A stretch of DNA of 64,000 nt from an uncultured Chloroflexia bacterium. Its GTDB lineage: Bacteria; Chloroflexota; Anaerolineae; JAAEKA01. Of the stretch, positions 39,002 through 47,637 are shown one piece after another. A program made the position numbers and the translations under genes. The stretch is taken from contig CAVPPH010000001.1 in the NCBI GenBank assembly GCA_963707275.1, positions 92,625-156,624 of the forward strand, written 5' to 3'. Below the pieces are notes generated by a model that saw nothing but the letters and a program-made list of their open reading frames with translations, made no database searches and was not told the origin of the DNA. Every line of letters begins with the position of its first letter. Position 1 is the stretch's first letter.

Positions 39002-39787
39002 TTATGGGCGTGTTCTCATTGACTGGTAGCCTGGTGTCAAGGCGCATCGAAGAAGATTGTTCAACGGCCCATCCTCGCCCACACGATGTCTGAAGGCCGG
39101 CACGATTGTCTCCAATCGGTGTATCTCGCCCTCGCAGTACGCTTGCAGAACTGGATCGACCGCTACCTCGCTTTGCTCGGCTGACTGGCTCTTGGCAATG
39201 TAAAGCCGTTCGATGGCTTGCCTCAGTTCAGTGGATGTCACGAGCCGGTCAACGCTGGTCCAGATACTCATTGGCACCACAGTATCGGTTTTCTCTATCC
39301 AGTTGACGGCCAGCAGCATTCGCAGGGCATAGAAGATCTTCTTGACGTGCATCCGGTCCGCTTCTATCGCCATTGAAAAGTAGTGGCGAGCAGCCTGAAA
39401 ATAGTGCTTCCCGCATAGAAAAGGTGAAAAATAGTCCGGCGCCAGTTGCCACAACGACCGAACTACATGATGCGGTTCCACATAGATAATCGGTGAGCTC
39501 ATCCATTCCAGCAGGCGTGCATTCGATCGTTGAAAAAGTTGCAGTGTCTTCCGAAAATCCCAACCCAGCAAATCAAGCTGATCAGATATGGGAAGCTCAA
39601 TCACGTCCCGCACCGGGTGAATTGACAGATACGTTTCAGGTTGTCGAAGATAGATGAAGCGGACATCGTAATCGCTGTCCACAGACGAAAACTGCCAGCC
39701 TCTGCTGCCGGACTCGCAGGCGAACAGGATGGAAACCTTTTCCACTCTGGATACTTCATCCAGCTTTGTGAGTATCGCTTCTCGCAT
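39002..39787 (-). CDS. predicted nucleotidyltransferase (Pol-beta superfamily, PF10127/RlaP-like)
   Basis: N-terminal ..ACESGSRGWQFSSVDSDYDVRFIY.. matches the GS..(D/E)xD NTase signature of this family. 261-aa intact ORF. Confidence 0.5.
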   Translation of the reverse strand: MREAILTKLDEVSRVEKVSILFACESGSRGWQFSSVDSDYDVRFIYLRQPETYLSIHPVRDVIELPISDQLDLLGWDFRKTLQLFQRSNARLLEWMSSPIIYVEPHHVVRSLWQLAPDYFSPFLCGKHYFQAARHYFSMAIEADRMHVKKIFYALRMLLAVNWIEKTDTVVPMSIWTSVDRLVTSTELRQAIERLYIAKSQSAEQSEVAVDPVLQAYCEGEIHRLETIVPAFRHRVGEDGPLNNLLRCALTPGYQSMRTRP

Positions 39788-39886
39788 TGGTTCGTGAACT
39801 CATACTGTGCTGGCACACACCGGCCAATCTGACCCGGCAGGGTCGCGGTCAACGGCTTTGGCTGCAAAGAACAAGCCGCAACGTGC

Positions 39887-40708
39887 CTACGATACTCCGC
39901 TTTCGCTGATCGGCATCCCTTCGCCCATCCATTCGATCAACGAGCCGTCGTAGACCGATACATTTTCGTTCCCGGCAATCAAATGCGCGATTGCATTGAC
40001 CGTCGCGGCGATTCCGCCGCCGCAGTACGTGATGATCCGGTCGTGCTGCGATGCTGCTTGCAGGCGAGATACGAACTCGTCGTCGGGCACTAACGCATCC
40101 ATTCCCTGCATCAGGTCCAAGGCTGAAACGAACGACGAGCCCGGTATGTATACGCCGCCATACATTTCAACGGGCAGCGTATATTCCGTGCAGACGCTGC
40201 TGTCGTCCATGGCTTGCAGGACTTCTTCCTTGCTGGCGAACATGCCCGGCCTGAAGTGACCCGCAAATTGCGCGCCTGCATAGTGGCAGGGTTCCTGTTC
40301 CAGTTTGCCACCTGCCTTTACCCAGCCAGCAAGCCCGCCATTGAGGACGCGCACGTTGTTGTGGCCGGCATAACGGAGAATCCACCAGGCGCGGGTTGCG
40401 GCAGGAAACACGCCGGATGCATAGAAAACGACTTCGGCATCCTGTGAAATCCCAATGCGGCCAATCTGCTTGACCAGGTCAGTTTCAGACGCGACCATAT
40501 ACTCATACTCGCTGCCCGGATCAGAAAAATCGGCGTGGTCAAAAAAGGCGGCGCCGGGGATGTGACCCGCGAGGTATTTCTCGTAGGCAGTTGTCGGGTC
40601 TGCTTCGCTTCTGAAAAACAGGATCGTGGCATCGTAGATGCGAATGTTTGGGTCGTCCAGTTTCGCCAGCAGCTCATCTGCTTCAATGAAGATGCTATCT
40701 CTGTTCAC
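39887..40708 (-). CDS. two-domain rhodanese sulfurtransferase (thiosulfate/3-mercaptopyruvate type)
   Basis: Tandem rhodanese domains (..GHIPGAAF.. and ..GVYIPGS..) with the active-site loop YCGGGIAAT in the second domain. Confidence 0.7.
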   Translation of the reverse strand: MNRDSIFIEADELLAKLDDPNIRIYDATILFFRSEADPTTAYEKYLAGHIPGAAFFDHADFSDPGSEYEYMVASETDLVKQIGRIGISQDAEVVFYASGVFPAATRAWWILRYAGHNNVRVLNGGLAGWVKAGGKLEQEPCHYAGAQFAGHFRPGMFASKEEVLQAMDDSSVCTEYTLPVEMYGGVYIPGSSFVSALDLMQGMDALVPDDEFVSRLQAASQHDRIITYCGGGIAATVNAIAHLIAGNENVSVYDGSLIEWMGEGMPISESGVS

Positions 40709-40726
40709 CGTTCGATCTCCTTTAAT

Positions 40727-41398
40727 TCACCGCAAGCCCAGTTTCTTCGCCAAATCCTGGCGATTGACACCGTTCGACATTGTCACGCCGGCATCCAGGA
40801 TCGCCTGCCTGGCCTTCTCTACCGACCAATCTTTGGTGCTGTCCAGCCAGCCGGCTGGCGCCCAATCCACCACCCGGCAGTAGCGGTTGACCGGCCAACC
40901 GTAGAATTCGCCCTTGGCGTTGACTTTGCGATCGTTGCCATCGACCGTGATGTAGTACTCCTGCTGTAATTGCTGAATGGCTCTATCCACCGCGCTGGCG
41001 CCCTGCTTGCGGCTGACGCCCATGGCTTGCCGCACCTGGCTGATGTTGAGTATGCTCTTTTCTTCAAAAAGCTGCCAGAGTTGCCAGGTTGTTTGGCTGA
41101 CTGTTCCGCCAGCCCAACGTTCGGGCATGGCAAGCGTTGGATGGAAGGCGGCATAGAAAATCGGGTACATGCGCTCCGTGACAAAGCCCTTGTTCCCACC
41201 CAGAATGCAGCCATAGGCCAGACGCTTCTCTTCAGCGACGCGATCTTTCCAGCGCCAGGGGTCGGTCTCGAGACCGGTGTGCCATTGACTTTCTGTGGTC
41301 TCGTCGCCCAGAGATGGCAAGCCAGGCAAGAGGGGCGACAGCGTCATGAAGCCCAGCGAGTTCGACGCGGGCAACAAACTCCTCGTAGGTGGTCAACA
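40727..41398 (-). pseudogene. hypothetical winged-helix protein (resembles proteins annotated AlkZ-related), frameshift near 41350
   Basis: MLTTYEEFVARVE.. (frame of 41232..41504) joins ..GFMTLSPLLPGLPSL..QWHTG.ETDPWRWKDR..EKRLAYGC.. (40727..41377). The family assignment is from memory of similar sequences only. Confidence 0.3.
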
Positions 41399-41400
41399 TT

Positions 41401-41832
41401 TCAGTCCTCGATTGCCTCAATTCCAAGTTGCCGAAGCCGCTCAAGGCCGTCCTGCATGGCTTTGAGCTCTTCAGGGGAATGCCCCTGCCAATCTGTGACC
41501 TCACCCGTGACTCGCAGCGGGTCGCGAGTGCGGTATGACTTGGTTGGATTCCCCGGGAACTTCTTGTCCGTCAGATTGGGGTCATCTTCAATCGGGCCGG
41601 TCGGTTCTACCATGTAGATTCTGCCGGGTCCTTCGCCGACGGCCAGCTCGGCTCCCCAGGTGGCCGCATCCAGGGTGGCGGTCAGATAGACGTAGGTCGC
41701 CTTCTTCCGCTTACCGTAGTTAGAGTTATAGCCAGGCTCGATCAGGTCCCCCGGCTTCAGGTCGGCCTTCGTGCCATGGTAGAACTGCTGCGAACTCAGG
41801 TCATCAATGGCTGTCATCGGCTCACTCCTCAT
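41401..41832 (-). CDS. arr: NAD+--rifampin ADP-ribosyltransferase (Arr)
   Basis: FYHGTKADLKPGDL.., ..ATWGAELA.., ..IYMVEPTGPIEDDPNLTDKKFPGNPTKSYRTRDPLRV.G.V.DW.GH..E.. is collinear with Arr-2/Arr-ms over essentially the whole length. The more likely start is the ATG at 41817, after GGAG. Confidence 0.9.
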   Translation of the reverse strand: MRSEPMTAIDDLSSQQFYHGTKADLKPGDLIEPGYNSNYGKRKKATYVYLTATLDAATWGAELAVGEGPGRIYMVEPTGPIEDDPNLTDKKFPGNPTKSYRTRDPLRVTGEVTDWQGHSPEELKAMQDGLERLRQLGIEAIED

Positions 41833-42046
41833 TCTGTTCGGCTACACTACTCATGATGCTGTCCTCCATTGGCAGGTCGCGCGCCGGTCTCGACGGGGAG
41901 TGGGTTGGCCTGAGTTCCAGTTCCATCTAGCGGAATAAGAGCTTCATGTGGCGCGCTGGCGTCAAAGCGAGAACGGTGTCGGCAGAACCAACCTTCAAAT
42001 CGCCAACAACGTAGCGGCCCACTTCAACGAATATGTTCGCTAGCCG

Positions 42047-42854
42047 TTAGAACGGAATGGTGTCTGATTCCCGTACACTGCCCGCGATCTGTTCAGGTGT
42101 CGCCATCGCTTGCTCAATAGACTGGATGAACCGTATTAATGCACACACGTGATTGAAGATCAACAGGCTTTCATCGTAATTGAGAATGGGATTGTCATGC
42201 GCGAAGCTTTGGTTGTTGCGCACATGATTAAACGATTCAAGCGTCGATATTGATGACTTGAGAATGCGTTCAGCCATTTCGGATTCGAGATGACCGCTTG
42301 ACCGCAAGTACTTGATATATTCGCCAAACATGCTGTGTAGCGGCTTGCTGCGGACAACCGTGAGACCGTGCTCCCGGCAGAGTGTGCTCACATATTTGAC
42401 AACAAATGTGTGAAGGTGATCCAAACCAGTTTCGGGCTCATTGTTTTCGATCGAATCTCGTACCGATTTCGCCAGTGCCTCAAACGTCCGATCATCGGTT
42501 AGCGATTGAATTACATCCAATTCGGTGACCGGAGCGGAATTCAGGAGACGCGTTGCGATCTGGCGACCGATTGGAACGAGTGATTGGTCAACTGTACCCA
42601 CCATTGTGGCGTATTCAGCCATTTCGCGGATGAGAACACCGACGACGTGGTTGGGCTCGATTTTCCAAAATTGCCGCAGGCGGTTTGCCTTCGAGGAACT
42701 TGCGTAGTCTGTATTTAGTATCGTCGATGTCGCGGTGAACAGCATCGGCAACGAATTCTTGGAACGTCCGGTTGGAGAAATCGAGAACGTATCCACCGCC
42801 CATTTCGAACAGCTTTTCCAGTTGGTTCTTTTCGACAAAGGTCAGGTCAGACAT
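42047..42854 (-). pseudogene. abortive-infection family protein (AbiJ-like N-terminal domain plus Abi_C C-terminal domain), frameshift at about 42700-42840
   Basis: N-terminal MSDLTFVEKNQLEKLFEMGGGYVLDFSNRTFQEFV.. (42615..42854) and C-terminal ..LESFNHVRNNQSFAHDNP.. (Abi_C-like R-N...AH motif) in 42047..42838. The region looks AT-richer than the flanks. Confidence 0.5.
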
Positions 42855-42936
42855 TCATGGGGCCTCTGTACGCCAGAGAGGTTCGGTTTGAGAGCAGATA
42901 CACGCGAAAAGGCGTCAAGATGCTTGTGGTAGCGAA

Positions 42937-43167
42937 TCAGGCCGACCCGGGTGGCCGAATGGCTTCCCGGTCTTCCTTCATGTAGACCATCAGAAACAGG
43001 TCGGCCGGCATCTCCACGACCATATCCACGTCGCTGGTATCCGTGGCCTGGTTGCGGGCGACGGAACCGAAAACCCCCAGACGGGTGACGCCGTACCGGG
43101 CAGACATTTCCTGTTTGTGGGCGCTGAGGGCCTCAAGGACTGCTTCTCGTTGCATGGTTTGTTTCAA
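42937..43167 (-). CDS. MNT-type nucleotidyltransferase (antitoxin-like), possibly C-terminally truncated
   Basis: ..RLGVFGSVARNQATDTSDVDMVVEM.. is the GS-x10-DxD minimal NTase signature. No HEPN/DUF86 partner ORF is adjacent. Confidence 0.6.
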   Translation of the reverse strand: MKQTMQREAVLEALSAHKQEMSARYGVTRLGVFGSVARNQATDTSDVDMVVEMPADLFLMVYMKEDREAIRPPGSA

Positions 43168-43231
43168 CGGCCCGATCGGGCGGTCACGTTGCCGTCGAGT
43201 GAACTCAAGCTGTACCTGTTATTCTTCGCTC

Positions 43232-43612
43232 TCAATCAGACACAAAGATCAGCTCGTCAATCTCACGCAGAACCTCGCTGAGATCCGGGGCTTGAGCCGG
43301 CTCGACGACCAAGCCAACATGTTTATGGTGGGGATGAGTTGGGATGTTTGGATAGTGCGGAGCGTTATCGTAGCGAAAGATCAACTCCCCCGACGCGTCT
43401 TGATAGTGGTATGAGTAGCGCAGTTTCGTTATTTGCCCATTGCGCAGGATGATGACTTCGCCCAATTCTAACAGCGAGCCATCGTGGTACTTCAGCCGTC
43501 CCGTGATTGTGCCCCGCTCGTTGGATCGATTATCAAAGACGAGTTGTTCAACCTCGATATATCCCCGCGAAATGACGGTATCGTAGAGGCGCTGCAAGTA
43601 GCCATTTACCAT
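43232..43612 (-). CDS. DUF6516/TumE-like toxin-antitoxin family protein
   Basis: 126-aa ORF with ..LRYSYHYQD..G.LIFRYDNAPHYPNIPTHPHHKH.., which resembles the YDN..H.H core I recall for this family. Confidence 0.4.
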   Translation of the reverse strand: MVNGYLQRLYDTVISRGYIEVEQLVFDNRSNERGTITGRLKYHDGSLLELGEVIILRNGQITKLRYSYHYQDASGELIFRYDNAPHYPNIPTHPHHKHVGLVVEPAQAPDLSEVLREIDELIFVSD

Positions 43613-43663
43613 CAGACCACCACAACCGCCTCGGTCAATTGGCTGGCAATTGTCTGCTTGGCC

Positions 43664-43909
43664 TCAGAGATACGATTCGTATTGTCCGGCCCACATGATG
43701 AAGGGAAAGTCATCGCCCATTTCACCGCGCATGAAACGGGCGTAGAAGACGTCGCTGCCCATGCCATATCTGCCTTCAAACGCAACTAATTCTCGCAGCA
43801 GGCCCAGGATATCATCCAACGTCGAACTTCGCGCCGAAGTCTGTTCCAGTAGTGCTTTGAAATCAGCAAGGTTGAGCAGATTATCTTTCGTAATCACGAT
43901 CTTTGTCAT
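43664..43909 (-). CDS. small hypothetical protein, upstream partner of the DUF6516 gene (candidate antitoxin)
   Basis: 81-aa ORF starting MTKIVITKDNLL.. at 43909, 52 nt upstream of the next start. A promoter lies just upstream. No family recognised. Confidence 0.3.
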   Translation of the reverse strand: MTKIVITKDNLLNLADFKALLEQTSARSSTLDDILGLLRELVAFEGRYGMGSDVFYARFMRGEMGDDFPFIMWAGQYESYL

Positions 43910-43980
43910 AACACGACCCGTTTCCAGTTGTAACCAGCTAGCGGCCAATCACACGGCAATTTCCAGACGTTGACGCTGGC

Positions 43981-44009
43981 ATTCTATCATCAGCACAGAC
44001 TGTCGTCAA
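43981..44009 (-). promoter_or_regulatory. sigma70 promoter for the two-gene TA-like unit (TTGACG, 17 nt, TAGAAT)
   Basis: The minus strand reads TTGACGacagtctgtgctgatgaTAGAAT, about 70 nt upstream of the ATG at 43909. Confidence 0.4.
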
Positions 44010-44047
44010 AGCGATTCGTTTGCGAGGCAAGTGACGAGTGGCGGTTA

Positions 44048-47000
44048 TCAATCTTGTGCAGCTAGCTGCTCATACACCGCCACCGTCCCCGGCGACGGCG
44101 GCACGCCCAGCTCGGCGCGCAGGCGTTCGACGCATTGGCCGTAGGTGCGCACGGCCTGCGTGCGGTTGCCCAGCGCGGCGTAGGCGGTCATGGTCAGCCG
44201 GTAGGCGCCTTCCCAGCAGTCGTCGGCCGCCAGGATCGACTGGCAGACGGCGATGACCTCCTGCCAGCGGCCGCGGTCGGCCAGCGCCTGGGCGACCCGG
44301 TCGGCGCTGCGCAGGAAGAGGGTCAGCAGCCGCTCCCGCTCCAGGCTGCACCACTCCTCGTAGGGATACTCGGCCAGGTAGCTGCCGCCGTAAAGCGCCA
44401 ACGCCTCGCGCAGCAGCGCCAGCCCGGCCTCTTCGTCCAGTTCGGTGCGCCGCTGGCCGTCGGCGACCCGCTGCTCGAACTGGTCGGCGTCCAGCCAGAC
44501 GTCCGCGCCGGGCCGCAGACCGTAGTGGCTGCCATCGCGCACCACGAACGCGGACGGCGTGCGCGCCTCGCGTGCCGGCTCCAGCACGCGGTAGAGGGTG
44601 TTCAGGGCGACCTTGAAATCGCGCTCGGCGGCTTCCGGGCTGAGATCGGGCCACAGCTTCTCGACGATCTCGTCGCGCTCCAGCATCCGCTGGCGCTGGG
44701 TCACGAGAAGCAGGAAGAGCTGGCGGGCCTTTTCACGCCGCCACTCCGCTGCCGCGATCTCCTCGCTGCCGCGCCAGGCACGGAACGCGCCCAGCGTTTG
44801 CACCCGCAACTGGTAGCCAGGATGCAACTCGACGCGCGCCAGTCCCAGCCTTGCCAGCAGGTTCTCAGCCAGCGGCCGCTGACGCCCCAGCGTGCGCGCC
44901 GCCAGCAGCAGCGGCACGACTTGCCGCACATCGGGTGGACCCAGCAAGGTCTGGTGCGTAAAGAGGAACTCGTAGCCGTGTTCACGTGTCAGACGCAGCA
45001 GGTCGTCCAGCCCGTGCTGCAAGCGCGCCTGGTCGCCGCCGGCCTGCCACGCCAGACACTGCCACAGCCGCACCAGCGTTTCGCCGTAGCTGTCGCTGCA
45101 CTCGTGAAACGCGCTGCCGGCTCTGCCCAGCCAGGCCAGGCCGTCCTCCAACTCGCCCGACAGGATCAGCCCAGCCGCCCAGCGCCAGCCGGATCAGCGC
45201 CACGATCCACTCGTCGCCGGTGTGGCGGGCGATCTCGATCCCTTGCAGCGCGGCCGCCTCAGCCGCTTCCGTCTCGCCCGCGTAGCCATAGGCGCGGCAG
45301 AGGCCCCAGTTGGCCTCGACCTTGAGGCGCGGCACCGCCAGGCTGTCGGCCAGCGCGATGGCCTCGCGGTAGCAGCGGCGCGCCTCGCCCTGGGCATTTG
45401 GCTCAGACCGCAGCAGCCAGGCGTGCCCCTCGCGCATCAGACCGACCGCGGTGATGAAGGGCGATTCCAGCTCGCGGCCGCGCTGCTTGCCCTGCACGGC
45501 GCTCTCGAAGGCCGCCTCGCCCTCGCCCTGAAACGCCAGCACCAGCGCCAGCAGCAGGTGGGTCTCACGATGGGCGCGCGGCCGCAGCACCGGGTCGCGC
45601 TGCTCGGTCTCGGCCCAGCGTTCCAGCAGCCGGCGCGCTTCGGCCAGCCGGCCGGTGCGCACCAGCACGCGCGCGTTGAGGTCCGCGTCGCTGGGACTTT
45701 CCTCGCGCAGTTCCCGGGCCAGCGCGCCGAAGCGTTGCGCGTCCTCCAGCTTGCCCAGGTTGAGCCGGTTTTCCTCCAGCAGCTCCAGCAGCCGGATGCG
45801 CGCCTCGCGATCTTCCAGGCCGTCGGAGATGCGCAGCGCCTCCTGCAGCAGCGTCTCGGCCTCGGCTGGGGTTGACGGTGTCGAGGTAGACGCGCGCCTG
45901 GCCGCGCAGCGCCTGCCCGAGCCGGTCCGTCTGGCCGCGCTGGCGGGCGATCCCCTCGGCCTGGCGATACCAGCCCAGCGCCTCGTCGAAGCGGCTGTGC
46001 AGGCGGGCGATGTCGCCCAGGTAGACCAGCAGCGCCGGGTGGCTTTGCAGCGTCTCCGGCGGCAGGCGGTCGATCCAGGCTGCCAGCGTGTCGAGCTGGC
46101 CGGCGCGCACCAGGCTGCGCCCAAGGCTTGCCAGCAGCAGCGGCCGCCTCGTGGATATTGCCCGGCGGCGATGCGATGATGCAGGGCGGCCTCGCGGTCA
46201 TCCAGCCGCTCGTAGCATTCAGCAGCCCGGCGGTGGCCGGCACGCGCATCGTCGTGCGCTGAGCTGTTGCGCCAGGAATTCGTGGAAAAGGTGGTGATAG
46301 CGGGCGTGCCCGCCGCCGAGATCGACGGTGAACAGGCCGTTGTCCAGCAGGTGACGCAGCAGCGCCGCGCTGTCATCGCTGCCGCGCAGGCAGTCGCAGA
46401 CGTCGGGCGACAGCTCGCGCAGCACGGCGGTGTCGCGCAGGAAGGCGCTGCACCGGCTGCGGCTGCTGGTTGACCACCTCCTGCGCCAGGAAGCCAAACA
46501 GGCTGTCGGGCGTGAGCAGCGCCGGGCCCGCGCTGGCTGGCGTCCCGACGCGCGCGGTGGCCTGCCGCGCCCGCAGTCCCTGCCACACCAGTTGCACGGC
46601 GATGGCCCAGCCTTCGGTTTCGGCCGCGATCTGCTGGACTTCGGCGCGGCTGAGCTGCAAGTCGTAGTTCTGCGCGAAGAGGGTGGCGATCTCGTCCGGC
46701 TGGAAGGCAAGGTGCCGCTGATCGATGGTGAGCACCTCTCCGCGCGCCTGCCAGCGCGCCAGCCCCGCTGATCTCCAGCGGATAGCGGGTGGCCAGCAGG
46801 AAATGAACGCCGTCGGGGGCGCGGTCGATGAGCCGGTCGAGGATGCCCAGGGTCTGGGCGTGGCCGTTGAGGAAGTGGGCGTCGTCCAGCGCAAGGAGCA
46901 GCGGCTGGCTGGGCCGGGCTAACCAGGGCGTTGACCAGCAGATCGACGGCGGCGGGCCAGGGGGGCGGCCCTTGCGCGCCCGCCTGGTTCCACGTTTCCA

Positions 47001-47290
47001 GCCGCGCCAGCGGCGCTTCGGACAGGTCAGGCAGCGCCAGGCGCAGGCTATGGAGCAGGTGCAGCAAGAACGACCAGGGGATCGGCGCTGTCGCTGTCGA
47101 GTTGGTACCACGCGAGGGGATGGCCCAGCTCGGCCACCGTTGCCAGCGCGGTGCTCTTGCCATAGCCTGCGCCGGCCTGCAGGAGGGTGACGCGATAATC
47201 CAGCGCTTCGGCCAGCGCGCTGGCCAGTCGCGGACGCGGCATGATGCGCTGGTTGGGGCGGGGTGGTGTCAGGCGGGTGCGTACCACCAC
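44048..47290 (-). pseudogene. large STAND-type transcriptional regulator: MalT-like P-loop NTPase, TPR region and C-terminal winged-helix/BTAD (SARP-like) domain; at least 8 frameshifts
   Basis: N-terminal ..RTRLTPPRPNQRIMPRPRL..LLQAGAGYGKST.. (Walker A), ..LLLALDDAHFL.. (Walker B), long TPR-like helical repeats, then ..LRVQTLGAFRAWRG..I....WRREKARQLFLLL......ERDEIVEKLWPD......FKVALNTLYRVLEP.. and a BTAD ending at 44048. The fragments are collinear across ORFs 47048..47554, 46219..47163, 46373..46894, 44982..47111, 45565..46110 and 44048..45151. The start (GTG 47290) is uncertain. Confidence 0.75.
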
Positions 47291-47304
47291 GGGTAGGGGT
47301 TCAC

Positions 47305-47341
47305 GGTTGGAGTTGCAGGTTGCAAGTTGCGGGTTGCAGGC
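47305..47341. repeat. GTTGCAG-type heptamer array at the 5' end of the regulator gene
   Basis: ggttggagttgcaggttgcaagttgcgggttgcaggc. 25 of 26 nt are identical to 18908-18934. Confidence 0.7.
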
Positions 47342-47452
47342 TTCGGAGCGCATTCCGAGCACAGACGCATTGCGCAGCAGGTATGACAGCTCCTGGATCT
47401 TCAACACTTCATGGTACTTGAGCGGGGGCCGGTTGGCAAATGGATGTGGGGA

Positions 47453-47527
47453 AGAACCGCGGATGAGGAGGAAGGCGCGGATCGAAGTCGAGGAAATCCG
47501 CGGCTGTCCTCCGCAATCCGCGGTTCT
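47453..47527. repeat. imperfect long palindrome carrying four CGCGGAT/ATCCGCG heptamers in the divergent regulator/KASIII intergenic region
   Basis: CGCGGAT at 47458 and 47476; ATCCGCG at 47497 and 47517. The outer arms are gaaccgcggat / atccgcggttc. The inner ggagga / tcctcc also pair. Confidence 0.6.
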
Positions 47528-47637
47528 TAGTGCCCGTTGTAACTCCTGTGTCACTGCACTGTGGTAGACTATGGATGTTCACTGTCGAAAGATCCGATCT
47601 AATCGTGCTCGCTGGCCATTGAAGCCCAGAACCGTCC

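Noticed and set aside
42855-43167. A HEPN toxin partner for the MNT gene.
   Set aside because: The only space downstream of the MNT gene (42855-42936) is too short, and no HEPN Rx4-6H motif is found in any frame of the neighbouring sequence.
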